Shown here piece by piece: positions 52,092-60,733 of a stretch of DNA of 64,000 nt. Position 1 is the stretch's first letter. Every line of letters starts with the position of its first letter. Under the pieces are notes generated by a model that was given only the letters and a program-made list of their open reading frames with translations, searched no databases and was not told the DNA's origin. The position numbers were made by a program, and so were the translations under genes. Source of the stretch: Candidatus Deferrimicrobiaceae bacterium (lineage in GTDB: Bacteria > Desulfobacterota > Deferrimicrobia > Deferrimicrobiales > Deferrimicrobiaceae); assembly GCA_036504035.1 (NCBI GenBank), contig DASXVV010000006.1, forward strand, positions 270,133 to 334,132, given 5' to 3'.

Positions 52092-54911
52092 ATGAGTTTC
52101 GGATTGAAAAGAGGACTTCTTAAGTTGTTTCTTGCGGTGATCGGCGTTGCCGTCTTGTCCTCGGCCGCCTTCCCGGCAGGCTTTTCCACACAATACCGCT
52201 ACGACGAGTTGAACCGCCTCCACCAAGTGGTGTATGGCGACGGCTCCATAATCGAGTATGCCTACGATAACGTCGGCAACCGGACCGTAAAAAGACCCCC
52301 TCTGCCTCCGCAGGTCACCTCCCTGACGGCCACGCCCGCTACGGGGAGCTATCCGCTGCCTGTGACGCTTACCGCCGTCGCATCGGCTCCCGGCGGCTCG
52401 ATCGCGAGCTACGCTTTCGATTTCGGAGACGGATCCTCCATTGTCAGCGGGAGTTCCCCGAACGCGTCTCACACATACATCGCAGCGGGCAGCTATACCG
52501 CCAAAGTGACGGTAACGGACAATTGGGGCGCCACGGCGTTCCGAACGACCCCCGTTTCGGTCACGATGTCGAACCTCCCCCCGACGATCAGTTCATTTGT
52601 TGCAACGCCTTCCTCGGGAGTCTATCCGCTGGTGGTCGTTTTCACCGTAGCGGCTTCCGATCCGGACGGGTCCATCGCCTCCGTGCAATGGGACTTCAAC
52701 GGGGACAATACGGTTGACCAGACCACCACGGGGTTGACCGTCTCCCACACCTACACGTCGTCTGGCAGTTACACGGCCAAGGTCCGGGTGATCGACAACC
52801 TGGGCGCGTCGTCCGCATCCTCCTCGGTACCCATCACGGCGACAACCGCGAACCATCCCCCGGTGGTGAGCAACTTCACGGCAACCCCGACCGACGGCGA
52901 CGCCCCGCTGACGGTCAATTTCCAGCTCACAGCGACCGATCCGGAAGCCGCGGGCAACGTCCGGGTCGACTGGAACTACACTGGCGCCCTGGACGGGAAC
53001 GGCAACTACATCGTCAACAAGACGGAGACCAGGGCGAGCGGGTCTACCTTCACGGCATCCAACCTGTATTCGACAGCGGGCAGCTTTACGACCCGAGCGA
53101 TCGTGACCGATGCTTCCGGCATCGTCACCGTGGTTCCCCAGACCATCACGGTGTACGCCACGCCTCATGCGCCGCGAGCCACCCTGACCGGCTACCCGAC
53201 GACGGGAACCCATCCGCACCTGATCAATTTCACGGCCGCCGCGGCGTTGGCCCCGGGTCGGACCGTCACCAAGGTGGACTGGGATTTCGACGGCAACGGA
53301 ACTACGGATTCCACGACCACCGGCCTTACCACCACGTACACATTCAATTCTCCTGGATCCCGCACCACGCGGGCGACGGTTACCGACAGCACGGGCCAGA
53401 CCAGCACTGCCACTCTCTACTCGGTCACCTATCCCGCCAATTCCCAGCCGAGCATCACGTCGCTTACGGCCACGCCGACTTCCGGCTACCCGCCGTTGCC
53501 GGTCACCTTCACCGTGGCGGCTTCGGATTCGGATGGGACGATCGATCACGTGGACTGGGACTTCGACGGCAACGGCATCTTCGATGCGCAGACCCAAGGC
53601 CTTTCGACCACGTATATCTACAAAACGCCCGGGACCTATACGGTCAAGGCACAGGTCGTCGACAACTGGAGCGGCAAGACCCATCAGACCATCAAGATCA
53701 CCGTCAGCTCCGGAAACCCGACGGTGACCGCCTTTACAGCGACGCCATCCAGCGGGTTCGCGCCGCTGACGACGATCCTCCAACTCGCCGTGACGTACGG
53801 AAGCGGCGCTTCCCTGTCGAAAGTCGATTGGGATTTCGACGGCAACGGGACCGTGGACCGCACCACGACGACGCTGTCCACCAGCTACACTTACAGCGGC
53901 GTCGGGAAGTTCGTCCCGACCGCCAAGATCTACGACACGAAAGGCCGGATCACCACAGCGGTCTTTGCGTCTTACGTGGACGGCAAACCGGTCGTGCCGA
54001 TCATCAACGCGGTCACCATCACGCCGTCGACTTCGGGAATCACGCCGTATCCGGTGACCTTTACGCTCAACGCCTCCCCGTCGGCCGGTTCTCCATCCGG
54101 CACGACGATCGCCCGGGCGGAATGGGACTTTAACGGCGACAACACGGTGGACCAGACCACGACAGCCCTGTCCGTTTCCCACACCTACACTTCGGCCGGC
54201 TACTACCCGGGCCGGGTCCGGGTCTTTGACAACAACGGTATCGCCTCGGCCTACAGCGATATCCCGATCCGTACGGCTGCTCCGAACACGCCGCCCACGA
54301 TCCAATCCGTCGCCGTGACGTTCCCGGCCGAGAAGTTCGCGCCGGTTTCCCCGACGGCCATCGTGACGGCCTATGCACCGGGCAAGACGATCGTTCGGTA
54401 CGACTGGGACCAAAACGGAGACGGGATCGTCGACTTCTTCACCACCACCGCAGGGCCGGTCACGCTCAGCTACAACACGCCGGGAACCTACAACCTGACG
54501 GTCACGGCCGTCGACAGCGACGGACTCTCCTCGCAATTCGTCCAGCCCGTGCAGGTTTTGGCAGGTCCGGTGATCAAGGCATCCGTTGCCTATGTGGGCA
54601 GTTACAGCAGTTCGGTCCGGGAATACCGTGTGGTCCTGACCAACGTAGGGACCGGAACCGGGACTGCGGTGATTGCCACCGACATGACGGCCACCGTTGC
54701 CGCCGGGACAGGAACGACCAGCACGGCTTTCCCGATCCTCAATCCGCCACTTGGCCTGCGGGACATTCCGGTCGGGACGAATGCGTTGATCAAGTTTTTC
54801 CTCAATTCGTCCTCGACGGTCACCCAGGTCAACTTGGGAGTGGGCGGGACCCTGAAGAATGCGGATGGAGTGAACGGCACTTTCAGCAAGTCTGTCATCA
54901 CGAACAAGTAG
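52092..54911 (+). CDS. Secreted PKD-repeat protein (939 aa, about 8-9 PKD/Ig-like domains) with an N-terminal YD-repeat pair
   Basis: Signal peptide, then YRYDELNRLHQVVYGDGSIIEYAYDNVGNRTV. Repeated blocks of the form [ATPxSGxxPLxVxF...DPDGSIxSxxWDFxGDG...HTYxxxGxYTAKVxVxDNxG]. Confidence 0.8.
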   Translation: MSFGLKRGLLKLFLAVIGVAVLSSAAFPAGFSTQYRYDELNRLHQVVYGDGSIIEYAYDNVGNRTVKRPPLPPQVTSLTATPATGSYPLPVTLTAVASAPGGSIASYAFDFGDGSSIVSGSSPNASHTYIAAGSYTAKVTVTDNWGATAFRTTPVSVTMSNLPPTISSFVATPSSGVYPLVVVFTVAASDPDGSIASVQWDFNGDNTVDQTTTGLTVSHTYTSSGSYTAKVRVIDNLGASSASSSVPITATTANHPPVVSNFTATPTDGDAPLTVNFQLTATDPEAAGNVRVDWNYTGALDGNGNYIVNKTETRASGSTFTASNLYSTAGSFTTRAIVTDASGIVTVVPQTITVYATPHAPRATLTGYPTTGTHPHLINFTAAAALAPGRTVTKVDWDFDGNGTTDSTTTGLTTTYTFNSPGSRTTRATVTDSTGQTSTATLYSVTYPANSQPSITSLTATPTSGYPPLPVTFTVAASDSDGTIDHVDWDFDGNGIFDAQTQGLSTTYIYKTPGTYTVKAQVVDNWSGKTHQTIKITVSSGNPTVTAFTATPSSGFAPLTTILQLAVTYGSGASLSKVDWDFDGNGTVDRTTTTLSTSYTYSGVGKFVPTAKIYDTKGRITTAVFASYVDGKPVVPIINAVTITPSTSGITPYPVTFTLNASPSAGSPSGTTIARAEWDFNGDNTVDQTTTALSVSHTYTSAGYYPGRVRVFDNNGIASAYSDIPIRTAAPNTPPTIQSVAVTFPAEKFAPVSPTAIVTAYAPGKTIVRYDWDQNGDGIVDFFTTTAGPVTLSYNTPGTYNLTVTAVDSDGLSSQFVQPVQVLAGPVIKASVAYVGSYSSSVREYRVVLTNVGTGTGTAVIATDMTATVAAGTGTTSTAFPILNPPLGLRDIPVGTNALIKFFLNSSSTVTQVNLGVGGTLKNADGVNGTFSKSVITNK

Positions 54912-54982
54912 GCAGGCAATAACGGTTTCCTGCCTGCGAGGTTCCTGATTTGTACGAACCGATTATCGAAAAAGGAGTTTCT

Positions 54983-55753
54983 ATGAAGAGGGGTAATAAT
55001 TTCGGAGTTCTGACCGCGGCGCTCCTGTTGGCGCTTGCCGCTTTAATCCCCGGAAGGGCATCCGCCATCAGTGGTCCCGCCGTGACTTCATTCACTGCGA
55101 CCCCGACAGAAGGAGTCGTTCCCTTGTCGGTATCGTTTCAGGTTACCGCGTCCGATCCTGCCGGCGGAGCTATCGTGAAAACGCTGTGGGATTTTGACGG
55201 CGACGACGTCACCGCTGAAACGACGACGGACAACCGGACGGTCACCCACCTGTACGACAAAACGGGAACATACTTGGTCAAGGCAACGGTTGTGAATGGT
55301 CGCGGGGAAACCGGGCAGAGCGTCGTTCGGGTCGAAGTTGTGGACGGGCCGCAGGTGTCCTTGCAGGTGCTTGCCTCTGGAACCCGCGCGCCCGGCGTGG
55401 CGTATGCGGACCTGGAGATCGGGAATATCGGTACGGCCGAGGCGTCGAACGTCCGGATCGAAAGCGTCTCGGGGAAAACCGCTGACGGCGCGACGCTGGG
55501 CCAGAACCTGTCGTACTCGCCCGTGTATCCCCTTCCAGGAGAAGTAGTGGACCCGGCATCGCTGGAACCCACCTCACTGCCGATCCAACTGGGCCGAATC
55601 CGTCCCGGCGAACGGACGCGTGTGCGGTACTGCTTCGACGTCCCGCAAGGGGTAACATCTTTCCTGGTTACCCAAACTGGATTTGTCTACGATGCTGACG
55701 GAAAGGCCAGAGGCTACACGTCCTCACCGGTTTCCGTCATCCTGTCGCCATAA
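54983..55753 (+). CDS. Secreted PKD-domain protein (~256 aa)
   Basis: MKRGNNFGVLTAALLLALAALIPGRASA signal; one PKD unit (FTATPTEGVVPLSVSFQVTASDPAGGAIVKTLWDFDGDD...GTYLVKATVVNGRG); then a second beta-rich domain. Confidence 0.65.
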   Translation: MKRGNNFGVLTAALLLALAALIPGRASAISGPAVTSFTATPTEGVVPLSVSFQVTASDPAGGAIVKTLWDFDGDDVTAETTTDNRTVTHLYDKTGTYLVKATVVNGRGETGQSVVRVEVVDGPQVSLQVLASGTRAPGVAYADLEIGNIGTAEASNVRIESVSGKTADGATLGQNLSYSPVYPLPGEVVDPASLEPTSLPIQLGRIRPGERTRVRYCFDVPQGVTSFLVTQTGFVYDADGKARGYTSSPVSVILSP

Positions 55754-55769
55754 CCCGGAACAGAAAGAC

Positions 55770-55910
55770 ATGATGACGGTGTCGCTCAATCTGCCCGGGG
55801 GCGAGGTTCTTTCCTGCGAGGACTGCGGACTCAGTTATTCGGTTCGCGCCTCGTATGGGGAGACCCCTTCCTGTTGCCCGGAAGGGCAAGCACCCGGCAA
55901 GCCGTGTTAA
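55770..55910 (+). CDS. Putative small Cys-rich protein (46 aa)
   Basis: MMTVSLNLPGGEVLSCEDCGLSYSVRASYGETPSCCPEGQAPGKPC: CxxC...CC...C spacing suggests a zinc ribbon. Weak Shine-Dalgarno. Confidence 0.25.
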   Translation: MMTVSLNLPGGEVLSCEDCGLSYSVRASYGETPSCCPEGQAPGKPC

Positions 55911-55919
55911 ACGGAAAGA

Positions 55920-56970
55920 GTTGGGGGCTTCCCGCGGCTGGTGCCCGCGGATTCTTCTTGTGAAGGCTCGAAGTTGCGGCTTCGGTGGACATTATCTTCT
56001 CCGGCTCCCCCATATCCGGCAGCGGGTGATGCACCCATAAGTCGCCCCACAGGTTGTCGCTTTCGCGGCTCCGAATCTCCTCTAGCATCATCTCGGTCTC
56101 GACCTCGCGATCGGTGAGGCCGGGATGCGCCGCCTTCGTCTTCTTGAACCGTCTCTTGGCGGCCCGCTTGATCGCCAACTTGGTGGGCTGGGTCAGTCCA
56201 TACGCGAGAGAGACGTACATGTGGCGTCCGCGCGCTCCGCCTTGATCTCCTCCACGAAGGTCGCCAGGCAGGCCGCGCGGATGCCCGAGTCGTGGTCGAA
56301 GCAAAATCGGATTTTGTCGACGTTGTCCGCAAGCAGGCGCTTAAGAAGCTCGAAGTGCGCGAACAACACGTAATCCTCTTTCAACTGCACCCCATTCATC
56401 GGAAGACGCAGGACGGACGAGAGCGCCGACGGGTCCTCGATGTTTTCCCGCTCGACCGCTTCCTTGGCGTGCGCACGAATCCGCTCGATCATGGTCTTGG
56501 GGATCTTGAACCGCTTTCGCTTGCTCTTCTTCGCCCGGATCTCGGCGCGGGCTACGGCTCGGCGCGTAGTCCTCCTGGAGCCAGTACTGCGCGTACTTTC
56601 GAAACGGTACCGGAATCCCCTTTTCCGGAGTGGCTTCGGACTCGAGCGTGACGGGGTCGACGCCGTCGATGTAGTTGAGGTTCATGGCGAACACGTAGCC
56701 GCTGTTGTTGTCGGCCGTACCCACCGCCTCGAGCTTGATGTTCCGCCGGTCTTCGCGAACCTTCCAGTTGATGACGTACTGGCCGTCCGTGGACAGATAG
56801 AGACGGTCTAGCCCCCTTGTGGTAGAGGCCGGCGTTGTCGTTCTTGCTGTAGGTTGCGGTGGCGGGAACGCCGTAGTTCTGGCACTCCGTGTTCTTGCAG
56901 AAGTTGAGCTGGACGCCCTCGGCCTCGAGGGGGATGCGCGGCAATATCGCCTTGAACCGGTAGGCCATCG
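55920..56970 (-). pseudogene. Multiply frameshifted gene remnant, probably mobile-element-derived, family unassigned
   Basis: Reading the minus strand through three or more frames gives MAYRFKAILPRIPLEAEGVQLNFCKNTECQNYGVPA... // ...LYLSTDGQYVINWKVREDRRNIKLEAVGTADNNSGYVFAMNLNYIDG... // ...AKKSKRKRFKIPKTMIERIRAHAKEAVERENIEDP...KIRFCFDHDSGIRAACLATFVEEIK // ...MYVSLAYGLTQPTKLAIKRAAKRRFKKTKAAHPGLTDREVETEMMLEEI.... Confidence 0.35.
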
Positions 56971-57202
56971 CTTCCTCCTTTCTGGCCAGAATTTGCTTCC
57001 CACCTCAATTTTATCGAAGACGATAATTCCCTGCTGGCCGCCGACTACACGTTTCAGGGCTGGTCCGGTTAGCGGGCAAACTCTACGCCTCCGGTGGCCG
57101 GGAAGCCTACCGAATCGCCGTCGACTCCCGGAAGCGCGCCTTTCCGGGCTTGCCAGATCACCCGGTCCGACCTCCGCCGCCGTTCGGCACGGATGTTGAC
57201 AC

Positions 57203-57237
57203 ACCTTAGGACAACCCAACCCGAAGGAGGTCGCACC
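57203..57237 (+). promoter_or_regulatory. Putative promoter and Shine-Dalgarno region of the SpoVG-like gene, partly contained in the direct repeat
   Basis: TTGACA -35-like hexamer at ~57205, with a TTGACc counterpart at ~45301 in copy 1. GAAGGAGG lies 8 nt before the ATG. Confidence 0.35.
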
Positions 57238-57314
57238 ATGCGGCTGCATTATGTCCTGAACCACGGCGGTACCCCCGAATCCAAGCTCGCCGACGTCGAA
57301 ATTCATTTTGAAGA
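57213..57314 (+). repeat. Direct repeat copy 2 (102 nt): right boundary of the island
   Basis: Identical to 45318-45419. Partial similarity continues upstream (57045-57212 vs 45030-45317). Confidence 0.9.
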
Positions 57315-57600
57315 AGGGCTCCTCGCGGGCCTCAAGCTGGTCGGCTGCTCGGTCTGGCGGTCGAAAAAGGGAGAGGCGCCCACGGTGCTCGTCCCGTCGC
57401 GCTCTTATGCCACGGCGGGCGGCATCCGCTACTTCGAGCTGTTGCGCCCGTCCGAGGAGGGCGCCGGCCCCAACGACCCCGCCGCCCGGATCCAGATCCG
57501 CAAGTTCAAGGACTATATCAAGGACGAATTCCAGCGGATCGAGGCGCTCCCCGCCGAACCCCCGAAAGAGGAAAAACGCTCGAAAGCTTCGGCGGGCTGA
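57238..57600 (+). CDS. SpoVG-like small protein (120 aa), divergent
   Basis: MRLHYVLNHGGTPESKLADVEIHFEEGLLAGLKLVGCSVWRSKKGEAPTVLVPSRSYATAGGIRYFELLRPSEE... matches the SpoVG pattern (x-D-V-x-[IL]...hhVhDhKVI.G..GLFVAMPS[KR]R...G.FRDIAHP). The assignment is tentative. Confidence 0.45.
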   Translation: MRLHYVLNHGGTPESKLADVEIHFEEGLLAGLKLVGCSVWRSKKGEAPTVLVPSRSYATAGGIRYFELLRPSEEGAGPNDPAARIQIRKFKDYIKDEFQRIEALPAEPPKEEKRSKASAG

Positions 57601-57630
57601 CCGCCGCGTCCGTCTGCGCTCGAGGGGGGT

Positions 57631-59886
57631 TCAGACGAGCATGTGGTAGGGATCGACGTCGGCTTCCATCCGGGCGCCATGGCGGCGGACGGCGTCACGC
57701 AACGGGCGCAGCAGCTCCGGAAACACGTCGGCCACGGGAAAATCGGCCGGCATCTTGAGCAGTATTTGATAGCGGTACAGCTTCTTCACCTTCGCGATCG
57801 GCGAGGGGGCGGGGCCCAACAACCGGATCTCGTGCGCCGCGAGCGCTTCCGAAAGCGCCGCGGCCACGAGGGCCGCCGCATCGCGCACCCGCTCCTCCTT
57901 CGGCCCCCAAAGGCGCAGCAACATCATTCGCCCGTATGGCGGGTATTCGAGCGACTCCCGCACCGCCAGCTCCTCGTTCATGAACCCGAAAAAATCGTGT
58001 GCCGCGATCTTCCGAAGACAGCTGTTGTCGGGAGACAGCGTCTGGATGAGCACCGACCCCGGCCGGTCGCCGCGCCCCGCGCGCCCGGCCACCTGCGTCA
58101 GCACCTGGAAGGTGCGCTCGGACGCCCTGAAGTCGATGAAGTTGAGCGAGGCGTCGGCGTAGAGGACGCCCACGAACGTCACCTCGGGGAAGTCGTGCCC
58201 CTTGGCGATCATCTGCGTGCCGACGAGGATGTCGACCTCTCCCCGGTGCATCCGCGAGAGCACGCCGCTCGCGGCGCCCTTCGTCCGGCCGACGTCGGAA
58301 TCGAGCCGCGCCACCCGCGCATCGGGCCAGCGCTTCTCGGCCCAAGCCGCCAGCCGCTCGGTCCCCAGCCCCAGCTGCGCCAGCTTGTGTCCGCCGCACG
58401 ACGGGCAGGCGTCGGGCGGCTTTTGCCGGACATGGCAATAGTGGCAGAGCAGCGCGTCGTATTCTTTGTGGAAGGCGAGCGAAACCTGGCAGTTGGGACA
58501 CTGGACCGTCGCCGCGCAATCGAGGCACGAGAGCACGGGGGCGTAGCCGCGACGGTTGAGGAAGAGCATCGCCTTCTCGCCGCGCGCCAGCGTCTCCTCG
58601 ACCGCCGTTTCGAGTTCGGGGGTAAAGTACCGGTCGGCCCCTCGACGATCGACCTGGCCCCGCAGGTCCACGATCCGGATGTCGGGCAGCTTGCTGTCGC
58701 CGATCCGCTCGGGCAGGTCGAGCAGCGTCGCCGCCCCCGTCCGCGTCATTCGGATCGCCTCGGCCGACGGCGTCGCCGAACCCAGCAGCACCGTGGCCCC
58801 CTCGATGCCGGCCCGCAGCAGCGCGAGGTCGCGCGCCTGGTACCGGATCCCCTCCTCCTGCTTGTATGCGGCATCGTGCTCTTCGTCGACCACGATCAAG
58901 CCGAGCGCCGGGAAGGGGGAGAACACCGCCGACCGGGCGCCGACGCACAGGAAAACCTCGCCCGCCCGGACCTTGCGCCACTGCGCGGTCCGCTCGGCCG
59001 GCGTCAGCTGGCTGTGCAGCACGGCGACGCCGTCGCCGAAGCGCGACCGGACGCGCCCGAGCAACTGCGGCGTGAGAACGATCTCGGGCACGAGGTAGAT
59101 CGACTGCCGCCCCTGCGCGCGCGCCATGTCGATCGCCCGGAGGTACACCTCGGTCTTGCCCGAGCCGGTGATCCCGTGCAGGACGAAGGCCGCGGACTCC
59201 GGCCCCCGAAGCGCGGCGCCGATCGCCTCGAGCGCCGTCGCCTGCGCCGGCGTCGGATCGAGCGCCCCCGCCAGGTCGGGCAGGTGCGTATCGGACAGCC
59301 CGACCACCCGCTCCCGCGCTTCGGCGAGGAGCCACCCCCGCGCCGCCATGCGCTTCGCCGCATCGCCCCCGCCCGGCACCTTTTCGGAGAGCGCCCCCGC
59401 AGCCAGCTCGCCGGCCTCGCGCAGCGCGTCGGCCACGAGCCGCTGCTTCGGGGTCATCGGCGCCCCCTCGGGCGCGCCGGGCGCGAGGTGGTAGACCGTC
59501 TCGGTGCGCGGCGCCGTCGGCGCCTCGTGGCGCGCCAGGCCGCGCGGCAGCGCCGTGCGCAGCATCTCGCCCAGCGGCGCGAGACACTCGCGTGCCGCGC
59601 GCGAAAGGAACGCGAGGTGCCGCTCGGTGATGTACGGCTCGTCGTCGAGGAACGCCAGGACCGCCTTGGCCGCGTGACCCTCGAGCGCCGATTCGTCGAC
59701 GACCGCGGTCACCAACCCCGTCAACTTCTGCGCACCGAATGGCACCAGCACCCGGACGCCGACCCTCGCACGCGCCTCCTGCCCCGCCGGAACGCGATAG
59801 GTGAACGGCTTGTCGAGCGGCAGCGGCACCGCGACCTCGACATACTTTTCATCGGAAGGGAATAGCGATCGCATCGTGGAAGGCAT
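57631..59886 (-). CDS. priA: Primosomal protein N' (PriA helicase)
   Basis: ...YVEVAVPLPLDKPFTYRVP... N-terminus; GITGSGKTEVY Walker A; DEEH box; Cys4 zinc motifs (CLDCAATVQCPNCQVSLAFHK...CHYC). The exact start M is uncertain (59886 or 59874). Confidence 0.85.
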   Translation of the reverse strand: MPSTMRSLFPSDEKYVEVAVPLPLDKPFTYRVPAGQEARARVGVRVLVPFGAQKLTGLVTAVVDESALEGHAAKAVLAFLDDEPYITERHLAFLSRAARECLAPLGEMLRTALPRGLARHEAPTAPRTETVYHLAPGAPEGAPMTPKQRLVADALREAGELAAGALSEKVPGGGDAAKRMAARGWLLAEARERVVGLSDTHLPDLAGALDPTPAQATALEAIGAALRGPESAAFVLHGITGSGKTEVYLRAIDMARAQGRQSIYLVPEIVLTPQLLGRVRSRFGDGVAVLHSQLTPAERTAQWRKVRAGEVFLCVGARSAVFSPFPALGLIVVDEEHDAAYKQEEGIRYQARDLALLRAGIEGATVLLGSATPSAEAIRMTRTGAATLLDLPERIGDSKLPDIRIVDLRGQVDRRGADRYFTPELETAVEETLARGEKAMLFLNRRGYAPVLSCLDCAATVQCPNCQVSLAFHKEYDALLCHYCHVRQKPPDACPSCGGHKLAQLGLGTERLAAWAEKRWPDARVARLDSDVGRTKGAASGVLSRMHRGEVDILVGTQMIAKGHDFPEVTFVGVLYADASLNFIDFRASERTFQVLTQVAGRAGRGDRPGSVLIQTLSPDNSCLRKIAAHDFFGFMNEELAVRESLEYPPYGRMMLLRLWGPKEERVRDAAALVAAALSEALAAHEIRLLGPAPSPIAKVKKLYRYQILLKMPADFPVADVFPELLRPLRDAVRRHGARMEADVDPYHMLV

Positions 59887-59976
59887 TGTACCGCGGGTGG
59901 AACGCTTGGAGGGGTCGCAAAGGATCACGAAAAACGCCCCGCGCAATGAAGCGCGGGGCGTATGGAATAATCAAGA

Positions 59977-60052
59977 TGGTGGAGGAGAAGAGGATTGAAC
60001 TCTCGACCCCCACGTTGCGAACGTGGTGCTCTCCCAGCTGAGCTACTCCCCC
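59977..60052 (-). tRNA. tRNA-Ala (anticodon CGC), CCA encoded
   Basis: GGGGGAGTAGCTCAGCTGGGAGAGCACCACGTTCGCAACGTGGGGGTCGAGAGTTCAATCCTCTTCTCCTCCACCA. G3:U70 Ala identity pair. Anticodon loop TTCGCAA. Confidence 0.85.
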
Positions 60053-60112
60053 ACCTTTGAACGAATCATTTTCCACGACCTCGGCATTTGTGTCAAAGGG
60101 AAATATGCCCGG

Positions 60113-60733
60113 TCAGCCGAGCGGCGCGACCGTCTTCCCGTAGACCTCGTTGAGCACCTGCGCCAGCCCGGCATAGATCGCGGACAGGCCGCAGAAGATC
60201 CCCTCGTAGCCGGCCAGGATCTTGACTGCGTGGCTTCCGGTCGCATCTCCTGCCGCCAGGAGGAAAAACAGCACCGTCAGCGAGCCGAACACGACCTGCA
60301 GAGCCCGGCTGAGCCGCAACGTGGCGATGAAGAGGACGCCGGTGAAGAGCCCCCACATCGACAGGTAGGCGGTCATCGAAGAATCCGCGGGCGCCGCGAC
60401 GAGGCCCGTCCGGGGAAGAATGACCAGCGCGACCAGCGTCAGCCAGAAAATGCCGTAGGACGTAAACGCCGTCGCGCCGAACGTGTTCTTTTTCTTCCAT
60501 TCCATGATCCCGACGATGATCTGTCCGAGGCCTCCGTAAAAAATCCCCATGCCGAGGATCATCGCGTCCATAGGGAACATCCCCGCGTTGTGCAGGTTCA
60601 ACAGGACGGTCGTCATGCCGAAGCCCAGGAGCCCGAGCGGCGCCGGATTCCCCGTGGTGTCGCGAATCGAGTAGGCGGCAGCGTCGTCGATCGCGAATAC
60701 GGGGATCCGTTCCTGCAGTGTCGATATGGCCAT
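60113..60733 (-). CDS. satP: GPR1/FUN34/YaaH-family acetate/succinate transporter
   Basis: [14 protein letters not shown] family signature; 6 TMS; ~206 aa. Confidence 0.75.
   Translation of the reverse strand: MAISTLQERIPVFAIDDAAAYSIRDTTGNPAPLGLLGFGMTTVLLNLHNAGMFPMDAMILGMGIFYGGLGQIIVGIMEWKKKNTFGATAFTSYGIFWLTLVALVILPRTGLVAAPADSSMTAYLSMWGLFTGVLFIATLRLSRALQVVFGSLTVLFFLLAAGDATGSHAVKILAGYEGIFCGLSAIYAGLAQVLNEVYGKTVAPLG

Noticed and set aside
52092-54911. Possible CRISPR-like or other nucleotide-level periodic array in the PKD gene, and a check for CRISPR arrays elsewhere in the window.
   Set aside because: The periodicity is at the protein-domain level (~255 nt, diverged) and the units are coding. 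No short direct repeats with unique spacers occur anywhere in the window.
59977-60052. tRNA-Ala as the integration site of the island.
   Set aside because: The tRNA lies 2.7 kb from the right repeat with priA and the SpoVG-like gene in between. The direct repeats are not derived from the tRNA sequence.
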